From Eledone cirrhosa (taxonomy: Eukaryota), in contig CAXHJY010000050.1 in assembly GCA_964016885.1 (NCBI GenBank), positions 85,902 through 149,901 on the forward strand: DNA of 64,000 nucleotides. Direction: 5' to 3'. The notes under the pieces were generated by a model, which did no database searches, was not told the DNA's origin, and was given only the letters and a program-made list of their open reading frames with translations. The first letter of the stretch is position 1. Each line of letters begins with the position of its first letter. This document shows positions 42,865-57,216 of the stretch, one piece after another. The position numbers and the translations under genes are program-made.

Positions 42865-44621
42865 TGAGTCTGTGTATGTATGATCGTTAGGGAGATACAA
42901 AGAGAGGAGGAGAGAGGTGTTGATTTGAATCCTGCTCACTCATTTATTCTCTATTTCTGGTTTAAGCGACTTCTACTACGTTAGATGTGACATAAAAATA
43001 CACATTGAAATTATAATCGATTAAGAGGCTGGAAAATAAATGTACGCCATTGAATAGAACAACGGTGTCGTTTATCATCCAGTATTTATATATGTTAGTG
43101 ATATTATAATATGGCGGCTGTTGGTAGTAGAGCCCTCTGCATGGTGACAGAAATCTCGATGTAAAAAGAATGGACGGCTATCATATTATTTGTCAAGTAA
43201 TTTTGTGCGTTTGTTCCATTTCTAGTTATCTGAAATACTTTCTCGGTTGGCAATTGCATTTGTGTTGTAAATTGGTGGGATGAAAACAAAGTCTTTTAGT
43301 TGAAATATCAGAGATGTCAAATCTATTATCTAACCGAATACTAATACAAATATATAATACTATTAAAATAACGACATGATAATGCACAAATATGGAAATG
43401 TTATCATAAATCGTGATAGACATATTATCGATTTTTACGCATTATCACAAGGCGATAACTTTGAAGGCGTATAATCGATTGAAGCGACCAAGTATATGGT
43501 TGGTATTAATTTTTTCAACCAAGCGAGATGAAAGTTTCCATTAACATTATGACAGACATAATATTAATGCCACTGAATATATTGTATGTGTTGTGTCTTT
43601 GTGTGACTCTTCCATAGCTATCATGAGAGAGTATTCTCCTAAGGGACAGATCTTTCCGTATTATATTCAGCTAGTAGACACGTAACAATATCAGGTTTGT
43701 GTTATTTTTCGAAATTCGATCTGTGTCATATGGTATGTCCGTTTGAATATATAACACGTATATGACAGTTTTGAACACAGAAAACTAGTTGACTAGGCAC
43801 CATCATAATTATGAAGAACAAACTCTATAATATATTACACAAAATTCTTAGCACCATTGCCATTAAGCTATTTACAGCCAAGCAACGTAAGCTATTGTTT
43901 ATAAAGAAGCGATTCTTTCCTGAGACCACATGCCCATAGTATCGGAGTTGTGATCTCTTCAATTCGTAGATCTATGGATCTATAACTTATACCTGAGTTG
44001 TCGGGTTGCCGGCGTGGCATAAAGTCTAGGACACATTAAATTGGCGGAGATCATCCGTCACCATGTCTGAGCACAGCCGATGTCTTCTAGAGAAGGAGAA
44101 AATGAGATTGTAGAAGTGAGAAAGAGATATAAAGAAATACTCGACCTCAGTATTATTGGATGAGTAGTTTCTCAGTCGATACCAAAAGTATAAAACGCAA
44201 TGTCGACCTCGGTGGGATTTGAACTCGGAGAGAGGGAGAGAGAGAGAGAGACAAAGAGAGAGAGAGGGGGAGGGGGAGAAAGAGAGAGGGAGAGAGAGAG
44301 AGAGAAAGAGACTGAGAAAGCGAAAGAAAAAGTCTCAGAACGAATACCGCAAGTTATTCTATCCGATATTTTAATCACTCTACCAATCTACTGCTTAAAA
44401 AACATGGAAATATTTACATGTTATAAAGATCAATAAACGAAATACTTTAAGAAGAAGGAACAAGTCAGCGTTTATTCAGTGGAGGCATCATTTACTGCAA
44501 ATGAGGAGTAATTGAAATAACAATTTTATACATTTAAAGTGATTTAAAAGCCTGTTGCTTTCCCTGATTACCTGACGTGAATTATTTATAAAGGCGGACA
44601 ATTGAACAAACTGTTGCCGTT

Positions 44622-44634
44622 GTTACTACTACTA

Positions 44635-44675
<41 letters not shown>

Positions 44676-44677
44676 AT

Positions 44678-44748
<71 letters not shown>

Positions 44749-44824
44749 GTGCTACTACTACTGCTACTGCTACTACTACTGCTGCTCCTGCTGCTCCTGC
44801 TGCTGCTACAACAACAACAACAAA

Positions 44825-44880
<56 letters not shown>

Positions 44881-44895
44881 GTTATTATTATTATC
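44622..44895. repeat. (CTA)n/(CTG)n trinucleotide microsatellite
   Basis: Direct reading. Confidence 0.95.
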
Positions 44896-44899
44896 ATTG

Positions 44900-45105
44900 G
44901 AGTGGCAGTATTGGTAGATGTCGGACACCCTGCTTGGCAGCATAGAGTTACGGCTCTTTATGTTCTGAGTTCAAATTCCACCAAGTTTAGCTTTGCCTTT
45001 CATACTTACTGGGTTGATAAAATAAAGTACCAGTAACGCACGGGGTCGATTTAATCGACTTCCCCCTCCCTAAATTGCTGGCCTTGTGCCTATACTAGAA
45101 ATAAT
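44900..45105 (+). mobile_element. SINE family A
   Basis: Homology to 2558-2746. Confidence 0.8.
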
Positions 45106-45809
45106 TATTACCCATACACACATGCAGCTGCACACACACACACACACATATATATATATGTACTCTGAATGAATGAAAAATCAAACTTCAATATTATTGA
45201 ATTGAAAAGATCGAAATAGTTGATACAAAATATATATAATACTGGATCAATAAACCTAGAAATATCTGCAACTACAGGTAAAAAAATAGTTTGATTCTGT
45301 TAATTATACTTAATTTTATTTTTAATACATTACATTCTTATAACATGGATTCATTTTTGTCTTACCTCCAACTGATAATATTTCGCTATAGTATAGATTT
45401 TTTTCCATACTATAAGGTAAAATTAATTCAATATGACAATATATTTGGGGAATATATAAAATATACATAGATGTTCTCATTTCATTCATCACTGGAACTC
45501 ATAAAACCTCTATTTATTTCTTTTTGTTCATAATGTAGTTTTATCACGGGAAATGTTTGATATCTGGTTTTGCAGTTCGCCTATAAAATTATGCATTTAT
45601 AGCCAAAGAAAATAATAGAAGAAAGGAAAAAATTATTTCGAGTTTATATTAAAGTTATTATCGTTTTCTTCCGTTTATTTCATGCAAAGAAAACTTTGTA
45701 CCTCTTTAAGACTTAAGTTTCTATGGAAGCGAGAAATAGTTAATTGATTTGATGATTGTGTAAATTCGTTAATGCAGTTATGTTCTTTAAGCATAAAATA
45801 TACTTCTTA

Positions 45810-46545
45810 TCAAGTATATCCAGAGTTTCTGAACGAAGTGACGTCATTGGATATCAGGATGCAACAGATATTTGTATTCTTGAGAAACTTGAGTTGTTCA
45901 AGTAGAATTTCTTGAAAAAAGACATTTACTGTATAGAATCTACATTTTATTTCAATAGCATGCTGGTAACTTGCCAACACTTTCACTGGAATCTTTTTCA
46001 ACACAATACACCCGTTTCGATTTATTCCCAAACACATTGTCCATTTAAAAGAATGCCTTCTTTGATATACTATGTATCAAAGAATCGATCGTCGTTAACT
46101 GATTGATAATCGATTGCTATTTTCTCAGTTCAAAACTGGTCATTGTTCCCAGTTGCAAATGTCTTTGTTTGTTTTTATGTTACACCAAGGAAGTTTATAC
46201 GACATAAACCTACAAGCTTCTCTATCATATTTACCTAAAATCATTCTGTTTGTTAGAGAAACATAGTATCATGTCTCAAGGCATTTTCTTTCAATGATTT
46301 CCATATATTTGTAATGCTGATTCAATATTTAGAAACATGAAGGAGGATACACAAGAAAGACACTAAGATAAGTGATTATAAGAAACAACGACTGCTATTC
46401 TCTGGAGACGCATGGAACACAATTCTTTCTGTTTCGTTTCTATTTTTCAACAAATCTTGTAACTTTTTTGTATTTCAATGTTGTAGTACTTGCTGAATGT
46501 AAATAACCACCCCCTCTGTGGTCTTGAACACGTTTTGGCATACCT
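45810..46545 (-). pseudogene. Possible highly decayed DNA transposase (Sola-like?)
   Basis: GMPKRVQDHRGG..., ...IKTNKDICN... weakly recall Sola-type motifs; many stops. Confidence 0.2.
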
Positions 46546-47289
46546 TTGCTGATTACTGCTGATTAATACACAGCTGTATGGTTTAGGAATTAGCTTTGAG
46601 TTCAATCTTACTGCATTACACCCTGGGCAATTATTTTATACCATTGCCTCCTGCCGTCCTACACTTATGAGTAGAATTTAGTAGATGGACACTGTGTGGA
46701 TGTTTGTCTTAATAATTGGAAATGTTCGTGGTTGAGCGATCTAATTTATAGCCTAATTTAACGGCACTACTTGGCCTTTGGTTCTCTTTAGTGCTGCCCA
46801 GTATTTGGACTTTGCCCAGTATCTGGACGTTGTTTCTAGTTTGAAGGTAGCACGACATCATAATTTAATATTTCCCAATGCACTACCCAAGAATGCAGTG
46901 TTTTGTTTCAAAGTTTCTGTCTCCCCTCACAATTTCAGAGACCTACAAAATTCATATTCAATAATACCATATTTCTCCCTTTGGCAAAGCCACAATAAAC
47001 AACAAGAAGAATGTATCGTTGTATTATGAAGAGATAGGAGTACTTTTGAAGCTAGATACTACTTAATTTTAGAATGTTGAGGTTAAGTTGTTTACCAGCT
47101 ACATATATTGTAACGATAGTTGTATATGGCTGGTTAACGTATTATTTGTCTGCTCACGGTTGGCAAAGATCAGGGTCTGTGAAATTATATATTCGTATAT
47201 TGTAGCGCCATTTAGACTTGCATCAGTGTCAACTATAAAAATATACTGACTATGACAACAAAAATTGTCATGTAAAATTATTGGGAGTG

Positions 47290-48160
47290 CCATGCGTCTA
47301 AACTAACGGGCGCACTCATTAAATTATTAGAGAATATGGAGGAAAATATTAAGTGTTTGGGCTGATAGTCTGTAATTGCCTCATTTGTCACTACTACAAG
47401 ATGTTAACCACTAAAAGCTGTTAGATTTAATTAATTTTTTGAATCAAAAAGGCTCTGAGGCGGTGATTCAAAGTTCTGTTTCCTCTCCTCGTGGTTGGTT
47501 TGAAAAGTTTAAGAAACGATCCATTCATCTTACTATCAGCAGGCATTATTGGAAGGACGTCTATTTCAATTGAAAGATATTATAAGAGAAAGGTGAATGT
47601 TCCAGGAATTTTGTTATCAATATAAACGAATGCAGGCTGTTTTGGAAACGTTTACTCCCCTAAACCATTTATCTCAATCGAGAGAAAAATGGCATGAAGG
47701 CATAAAGCAGCAACATATTGTCTTACGTTGTTGTTAAAAATATACCACGCATACTTGAAACTCAAGCCATTGCTTGATTTTTATCATACTGATACTCCAA
47801 GATTAATGGATTTCGTCTCCAAAGGCAATTTGCTTTTTATATGGAAATTTATCAGAAAAGTTAGTTTTACATAGGATATATTTTTACATGGAAATTTATT
47901 AGAAAAGAAGTTTGTTTTACATAGGATATATATACTGAATCGTTCGCAAAACATTTCTGTCCTGAAGACAAACATCATTGTGAGAAGAATTTCAAGCCAA
48001 AAGCACTTCTGCTTTTGTATAACGCTCCAAGTACTTCGTCAAATCTCGATTCATTTCCAGAGTACGTATATTTTTTAAACGTAAGTTTTTTCTCTTTCAA
48101 CCAAATACAACTTCACTACTAAAGTTTATGAATAAGGAATTTATTTCTGTTTCTATATTA
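47290..48160 (+). pseudogene. Decayed Tigger/pogo DDE transposase
   Basis: RGWFEKFKKR; ININECRLFWKRLLPKPFISIE..HKAATYCLTLLL; KALLLLYNAP; PNTTSLL. Confidence 0.75.
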
Positions 48161-48615
48161 AATGATCTTTGAAAAAATTTAAGTCTTAATATATTTATGG
48201 TCACTGTTATTTTTATTGTTTCATATGTTTTACTTGTTCTATATACTAAAGAAAGTGTGTATATTTTTTAATTGAATTGAATTTAGTTTAATACGTAGAA
48301 TATTTCCTATATATGGAAATGCAGTGTAGAGCTACGGCATTGTAAACAAGTATATATATGTTTTCAATATAAAAAAAAAGGAATGTCTGCTTAAAAGGTG
48401 TTTTTTCCCTTTGATGACAAAGAATCTGATACTGAAATAAATATGTAGAACATACTAATTTCGTTAATCGAAGTATTGGCGCCCCGTCCCACTCACCTCC
48501 ACCACATATACGGATAATATTCTACATGTTTTATGTAAATGAGTAAACACATTTCATCCATACATTTCTGTATATCTATATGTAGCAACATTCTCACTCA
48601 TCTTTTCACTCTCTC

Positions 48616-49158
<543 letters not shown>

Positions 49159-49759
49159 TACGATACCTATATACATACACACACACACACATATATATAT
49201 ATGTGTGCGTGTGTATGCGTGTAAAATGCATAACATACATACAAGTTAGATGTATGAATTCATTTTAGAATATTCTCTAAATATAAAAACATTATTTATT
49301 GTTCAATAGAAGCAAGTAGCATACTTTGATGCTTTTGTATTCATTTTGTCGTAGTTTTACGCCGTGTGAACTTTTGCGATTTGTGAATATGGTATCTGAT
49401 AGACATATTAGTTGTTCATGCGTGTTTTCTTCATTTATAAAGAAAAAAGTTAGGTTTTCAAAAAAATTCAGTGAAGCAGAAAGGCAAATTGGAACGTTTT
49501 TATTGTAAGTTTTACGGATATAATGCAGTCGGAAATATTGAGAGAGTCACAATTTCAATGTAAAGGCAACACATCCAAACGATTGGTAAAACCTGAAGAA
49601 TGAACTATAATTCCCAGTACAAGATAATATTATAAGCTGTTAACCATTTCCATGTGTTACAAAATACATGTTATTTTCTCCCATGTTATTTTATTGTGTC
49701 TGTCATAGAACGTTTTATGTTGGTCTTCCATTTTTATTAAATATATAATTGTAGTTTTG

Positions 49760-49960
49760 CACCCCGTAAAATCTGTCCAGCGATTATTTTCTGAGACATT
49801 GTAGACTCTCGAGCAAGATTGTTGAATAACATCCATAAGCTTGGCTGGTCTCGCTTGGAGATCAAGCCGGACCAGTTGGAGAGGGCTGATTCTGACAGGA
49901 CCCGCTGGAACGATGTTTGAGGACTCTTCCCCGCTCTCATGGCCCTCTCAGGAATAATTG
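49760..49960 (+). pseudogene. 3' fragment of an RTE (Rex3/Expander-like) LINE
   Basis: RARLLNNIHKLGWSRLEIKPDQLERADSDRTRW..GLFP. Confidence 0.6.
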
Positions 49961-51041
49961 GGCGAAAAAGATGAAGAGGGAAAAGAAAGAATTGTAGTAA
50001 TAGTATTCAAGTGACAAACTATTGAACATTAGTGCCTAACCACAACACAAGCGACTCATTACTGTTTTGAAAGATTAAAGAAACTCACAGGATAATGTTG
50101 TCGAGAAGGTCTTTGATTTTAGGCAGCTGTATGAGAACGTATTTGGTACTATAAAACAATAACAGTGGCAACAATATCACTATCAATAATACAAATATTA
50201 TCAACACATATTATCAACCTTATTACCAACACATTCAATGCACAGACTGTGTTGACGTGAAAGGTGTAATAATGTGAGTAAATACAAATATCATTGTGGA
50301 TGGAGGATCTCAAACTTACAGCTGTTAATAGATATAAATCTCAACATTATTGGTAGATAGATTATAAATAATAAAACCATGCATTTACAGAGGATGTGTG
50401 TATTCAATAAATTCAACACTAGTATATGCTAGGTACTTATTTTACACAACATAATTGGATGAACGGAACAATATAGCAAAACAGGAACTTAAATCAGAAT
50501 ACAGACAATTGAAAGGGTTTCCATCCAATGTTTCTTTTTATATTTTTACAGCCCGTCAAAGGAAGGAGCCCTGCGAGGTAGGGTCGCTGTTGCATTGTCC
50601 ACGGCAATGCTTCTGCGGTCTTGTCCGCGGCACGCATCCCCAACATCACTGCGCCCTAGGCCTAGAGCCGTCACCCCCTTCCTCTTCCCATTTTTCTGTG
50701 ACCCCAGAGCTATTGTGCTTCCCTCCATTTTCCGTTTTTAAATATTTGTAATGTTGTTGTTGTTTGAGATAGTTTTGTGTATGATTTATGTTTTTAGGTT
50801 TTATTATTCTAGAATATTATGGCATCAGATCGGTTATCTATAATATTATAAAGCTGAACGTCGTATGTATGTATGTATTATGTATGTATGTATCCTACAC
50901 ACCTCCCTATAGTTTCTTAGTTTTACTCTCTCCGTCGCTCTTCCTTCTCTCTATAATAGATCATTCCCCCTCTCTATAATTTAACTGCTTTACTCTCTCT
51001 GTCGCTCTTCACTCTCAAATATTATAAAGCTGAGCGTCGTC

Positions 51042-51114
<73 letters not shown>

Positions 51115-51348
51115 TTTCACCCTTTCTATAATTTAACTGCTTTACTCTCTGTCTCTCTTCACTCTCTATATGACAACACTCTTTTACTTTCCGGAGCGTC
51201 GTATGTATGTTTATTTCAAGAGGATAATCTCCTTCAAATTCGGTCAATACACAAGCAGGTAATAGATACATCAAAAGGCAACCCTCTTAGAGAGACAGAG
51301 AGTGAAAGAGACAGATTAGGAAAATTACACACACACACACACATCTAA

Positions 51349-51440
<92 letters not shown>

Positions 51441-51618
51441 GAGAGAGAGGAGAGAGAGCGAGACAGGGAAAGAGAAACAGAGGGACGGGCAAGAAGGTAA
51501 TACAAACATCTAAAATTATTTGGATACAAATATCATAGTATAATGGTTGCAGAACAAAAATGCAGACAAATATAATAATGTATGTATCCCACACACCTTT
51601 TCTGTCGTCGCTCGCATA

Positions 51619-51699
<81 letters not shown>

Positions 51700-51809
51700 A
51701 CACATACTTTCATACCTGATTTCGCCAATTGCCGAATAACATCAAAACAAAATACACAGACTCACACATGCACATACACACATATACAACCACACACATA
51801 TCTATACTT

Positions 51810-51841
<32 letters not shown>

Positions 51842-51851
51842 TGTATGTATG

Positions 51852-51882
<31 letters not shown>

Positions 51883-52599
51883 TTTTTGTATTCTGAAACA
51901 TCAAAATACAACAACTTTTTGGTCACTGGACTCGGGAATGTCACGACAGAAGTTTGTGGAAGTTACACAATTATTTTAGTATATTTTAGCTGAGCAATCC
52001 TTATTTATATTTTACATTTTACATTTACTTACATCTCAATATAACATGGCTAAAATTCAAATTTTGCAAAGAGAAGAAAACGGTCAAATGAACTAGATAC
52101 ATCTCACTGTCCCCACCACCACAATAACGTCTACACTCTCTCCCCACCATCACATGTCATTACCATACCATACCCTATCTAGACTAAAGTCATCGACTTG
52201 TTGTCAAACTCTCTACTCTCTGTTGAATGTGTATATATATATGTGTGTATGTATATGTGTGTATATACATCACTCAGTCAAACGACCAAATTTCAACCCC
52301 AACATCTACAACAACAACAACACCGGCACTAATGTTTACAGCAACAAGAGCTTCAGAATTAACTGAAATGAATATTTACAACAACAACAACAGCGGCATC
52401 AAAACATAAAAAAAGGAAGGGAAAAGAAAAGAAAAGAAAAGGGAAGAAAAAAAAACAAAAAAAAACTCAAAATAACAAAACACACACACACACGCACACA
52501 ACACAACAACAACATACATTGCCACCACCACCACCGCCACCGCCGCCGCCATCACCATCACCAGCGACCGGGCCTTAAGAAAACAACTTTAATAATAAT

Positions 52600-52745
52600 T
52601 TTTCTGCTTTTGGCACGGATCCAGCGACTGGCCAGCGCATCACTGGTACTCTCTTTTGTTGACTCCGTGGGGTTGAAGGGCAAAGTTGATCTCGGCGGGA
52701 TTTGAGCTCAGAGCGTGGAGAGCCATAACTCTATGCTGTAAAGCA
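52600..52745 (-). mobile_element. SINE family A
   Basis: Homology to 939-1121. Confidence 0.75.
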
Positions 52746-52848
52746 ATTATAATAATATTGGACTGTAATACGATCGGCTTCAACTATACAAACTTTTGAA
52801 AGTCAACAGTTGACATAATCTTGTAATCTTGTATCAGTAATGACGGTA

Positions 52849-52879
<31 letters not shown>

Positions 52880-53013
52880 CGTGTAAGTGAGTAGAGTAGC
52901 GTGTGTGTGTGTTTGTTTGTATGTATGTGTTGCTGTGTGCGCGCATATGTATGCGTGTGTGTGTATGTCGTACGTATAAGTGTCAATAAGTGAGTTTTTT
53001 TTTTTTTTTTTTT

Positions 53014-53315
53014 GCGCGGGGACATAGAAATAATCGGGCTGGATGCCCGATCGCGCAGTTAAAGCACTGGGAGTGAAGAACCCCTAGCCCTTGTCAGGGC
53101 CTTCTTCTAGGAGAAGGCATCTCAGGAAACTGGGTTAACTCCGATATAAAACCTGCGGCTCAGTAGTTACCGATGATGTTGATCTTTTCTTTTCGGGTTA
53201 TAGCTACTGTCGCTCAGGGAGTGGGATTGGCTCAGTGCACAGTCTTTCCTCACTTTAAAAATATTCGTCACGCACAGGCATTGCACGAGTACATTAATAA
53301 TTATTAATAGTGTAC

Positions 53316-53357
<42 letters not shown>

Positions 53358-56300
53358 TATTATTACTTTTTTTTTTTCAATTCAATGATGTTCCAGAACA
53401 ATGTAAAAGAGATAATTGGCAATTTAAGTTCTGGAACAAAAAAGATCATTGGCAATAAGGGCAGGGGCCCCAAGTTATCACAGCCTGGGCCCGCTCGTCA
53501 TCGTGCCATTGTAATAGAGCCAAACAAGGCATTTAGTCTTGGCTGCTGGAACGTACGGACGCTGCTTGGCAGGGATTCCTTGGAGCGTCCTGAACGAAGG
53601 ACCGCTCTTGTTGCAAAGGAGCTTCGACGTTACGATCTTGACATCGTGGCTTTATCTGAGACGAGGTTAGCTGGAGATGGTCATCTTACGGAATTTTGTG
53701 GAGAATATACATTCTTCTGGAAAGGAAGAGATGAAGGAACCAGAAGAGAGGCTGGGGTAGGATTTGCTGTTAAGACTGTACTTGTGAATAAATTAGAAGA
53801 ATTCCCAGTAGGGATTAGTGAGCGTCTTATGTCCATGAGAGTTCCGCTGGACAGAGGAAGATATGCTACCCTGGTGAGTGTGTATGCTCCAACTATGAAT
53901 TCTGTCGATGAAGAAAAACTGTCCTTTTACCATGCTTTGAAATGTGTTCTAAGAAATATCCCTCAGGCAGACAAAGTCATCGTGCTTGGTGACTTTAATG
54001 CTAGAGTGGGTAGGGATTTTAACACATGGAATGTAATCGGAAGGCATGGGGTGGGAAAGTGTAACAGCAATGGTATGCTCCTGCTGCAGATGTGTGAGGA
54101 GCTGGATCTGTGTGTTCCAACAAAAGAACAAATTCAAGACCACATGGATGCATCCTGCATCTAAGGAATGGCATCTTTTGGACTACGTCCTAGTCAGGAT
54201 GCGTGACAGACAGGATGTGCAGTGTGTTCGTGTTCTTCGTGGAGCTGAGTGCTGGACGGACCACAGCCTGGTACGCGCAAAAGTGAAACTAATCACCAAA
54301 CGTAAAATCCGGGCTCCTGGTGTTGCCCTGCTCAAAAGATTGAATGCTGCTCGTCTTAAGGATAAAAATGTGAAGAGGACATTGGAAGAAGAGATGCAGG
54401 CTGCAGATCTTGGTGAGGATTGGCCGACCCTTAAAAAATCGGTTTATGATGTAGGCAGGCGTGTTCTGGGATTGGTGCAGAGAAAACATCAGGACTGGTT
54501 TAATGAGAATGATGTACATATAGAAGACTTGTTGGCTGATAAGAGGCGTGCTCTGTCACGCTACTTGACGGCAAAACCACAGGAGAGGAATACGTTGCAT
54601 GAGGAGCTCAGGGATGTAAAATCACGTGTTAGGCGGAGTCTTTCTCAGATGAAGGATCAGTGGTGGAGTGAGAAGGCTGGTGAGATACAAACTGCGTCTG
54701 ATTCCAATAACACAAAGCTGTTTTACAGTCTCTTGCGTGAGGTTTATGGACCGTCTTCTTCTCTGGTGACACCGCTTCGCAGCAAGGATGGCAAAGAACT
54801 TCTTCGTGACTCACAGGGAATTCTACGAAGGTGGCGAGAGCACTTTGATGATCTTTCGAATCAGCCGTCTGTCGTCAGTGAAGATTTCCTCAATCTCATT
54901 CCGGAAAGTCCTGTGAAAGTAGCTCTCGCAGAACCTCCGACGCTTGTGGAGGTTGCAGTGGCTATTTCGAAGCTGAACAGTGGAAGATCTCCAGGTATGG
55001 ATGGCATACATGCTGAGCTCCTACAATATGGTGGTGAGAGACTCCTGCAACATCTGCACTCTTTGTTTGGAAGGATATGGGCTAATGAATCCGTACCTGA
55101 GGACTGGAGAGATGCAGGTAATTGTGGTCTTGTACAAGGGAAAGGGTAACAGGAATGATTGTGGGAACTACAGAGGTATATCATTGCTTTCTGTCGTAGG
55201 GAGAGTTTTATGTAGGGTGCTTCTGGACCGTCTGCTGACACACATTGCAGATTGTGTTCTTCCTGAAAGTCAATCTGGTTTTCGTGCTGGACGCGGCACT
55301 ACTGATATGATCTTTTCAGCTAGACAGCTCCAGGAGAAGTGCATTGAACAAGGCTTGGATCTGTATCAGGTTTTTGTCGATCTGACAAAGGCTTTCGATA
55401 CTGTCAACAGAGAGGCATTATGGAAGGTTCTCCAGAAACTTGGTTGCCCTGATAAGTTCCTTGCTTTAGTTAGGTCTTTCCATGACGACATGAGGGCTTG
55501 GATTAATGTCGGAGGTAACATGTCGGAGCCTATCTCAGTAAAAAAATGGAGTGAAACAGGGGGATATTCCAGCACCGACCCTGTTTGCCATATACTTTGC
55601 AATGGTTTTCTGTATTGCATTCAGGAATTACGAGCCTGGTGTTTACATCCGATATCGAACCTCAGGCAGCATATTTAACATCAGGCGCTTTGCTGCGAAG
55701 ACAAAGGTATTTACATCAATCATAAGAGACCTCTTGTATGCAGATGATTGCGATCTTGTAGCGCACACAGAGAGTGATATGCAGCACATTTTTTGACGCT
55801 TGCACTGCCCTGGGTTTGACTGTCAGTCTCAAGAAAACCGTCGTCATGTACCAACCTGCCCCTAGTAAGCAGTACACTGAACCAAACATCTATGTGTATG
55901 GCAAACGACTTGGAGTGGTTGATCAGTTTGTCTACCTGGGAAGCACTGTCAATCGATACGGCAACCTTGACAGTGAAATCTCACTTAGTATTGGGAAAGC
56001 AAGTGATGATTTCGGAAAGCTAGAAAGGCGACTCTGGGGTCGGCGAGACATATGCAGGAGGACAAAGGTAAAGGTGTACAGGGCATGTGTACTCTCTTGT
56101 CTTCTTTATGCCTGCGAGACCTGGGTCACATATCGACACCACCTTAAGCAATTGGAGCGTTTCCATCAGATGTGTCTCAGACGGATCCATGGCGTTCACT
56201 GGAGGGACCACATCAATGATGTCGAGATTTTGGAAAGCTCTATGTGTGACAGTATAGAAGCTCTTGTGCTTAAGCAGCGACTCCGTTGGAGTGGTCACCT

Positions 56301-56915
56301 TGCCAGGATGAAGGATTCTAGAATACCAAAACAACTCTTCTATGGAGAGTTGGTTAAAGGAAAACGACCGCCACATAAACCAAAAAAGAAGTATAAGGAT
56401 TCCTTGAAAGCCTCTCTGAAAGACGCTAACATCTCTGCTGATACATGGGAAAATATTGCTGCTGATCGTAATAAATGTAGAAAGACTGTATATGAGGGAA
56501 AAGTTGCCTTTGAGGCATCTTGAATCGCACACGAGAAAGTAAAGCGGGATGTGAGGAAGGGCATTGCTGTTGCACTTCCAGACGGCGAGGGTCCTCCTAT
56601 GGTGCTGACATGCAGCGTCTGTGCGAGACTCTGCCTAAGCAAAGCTGGACTCGAAAGTCATCTTCGCAGTCATAAAGTAAGACCAGTGGTTGACTACCAG
56701 GCTGCTGTTGGAGATGCTACTCATCATGCTTGCCAAACATGTGGTAGAGAATGTAAATCAGCAGGAGGGCTCAAGCGACATGCAAAAGTACACGAACTCC
56801 AACCACAACCGACTATTCCCAGTGAATGTTTTGGTTGCCGACTCTGTGCAAGACATTTTAGATCATTGGCTGGGCTAAAAAGCCACATTCGATCGCAGCA
56901 CTGTTAGTTGTTATC

Positions 56916-56942
<27 letters not shown>
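53014..56942 (+). mobile_element. Near full-length RTE-clade LINE (structured 5' UTR, APE, RT, three C2H2 fingers, (TG)n end), with several frameshifts and a stop
   Basis: GCWNVRTLL, DIVALSETRL, SVYAPT, LGDFNARVG, WHLLDYV, WTDHSLV, NYRGISLLS, QSGFRAGR, FVDLTKAFDTV, KQGD, LLYADD, FVYLGS, LRWSGH; ORF pieces 53310-56907. Confidence 0.93.
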
Positions 56943-56949
<7 letters not shown>

Positions 56950-57027
56950 GCTTATGTGCGTGCATGTGTGTGTATATATATATGAATATGTATATCATTA
57001 TTGTTGTTGTCGTTATTATTATTATTG

Positions 57028-57059
<32 letters not shown>

Positions 57060-57132
57060 GTTATTAATGTATGTGTGTGTGTGTGTACATGTGTGGTGTA
57101 TGTGTATGTATGTGTGTATGTATATATGTATG

Positions 57133-57167
<35 letters not shown>

Positions 57168-57216
57168 CTTTTTTTTTTTTTAAATTTATTTATTTATTTA
57201 TTATTATTATTACAGT

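Noticed and set aside
49737-49940. Minus-strand ORF with an upstream pyrimidine tract, as a host exon
   Set aside because: The plus strand matches an RTE C-terminus better.
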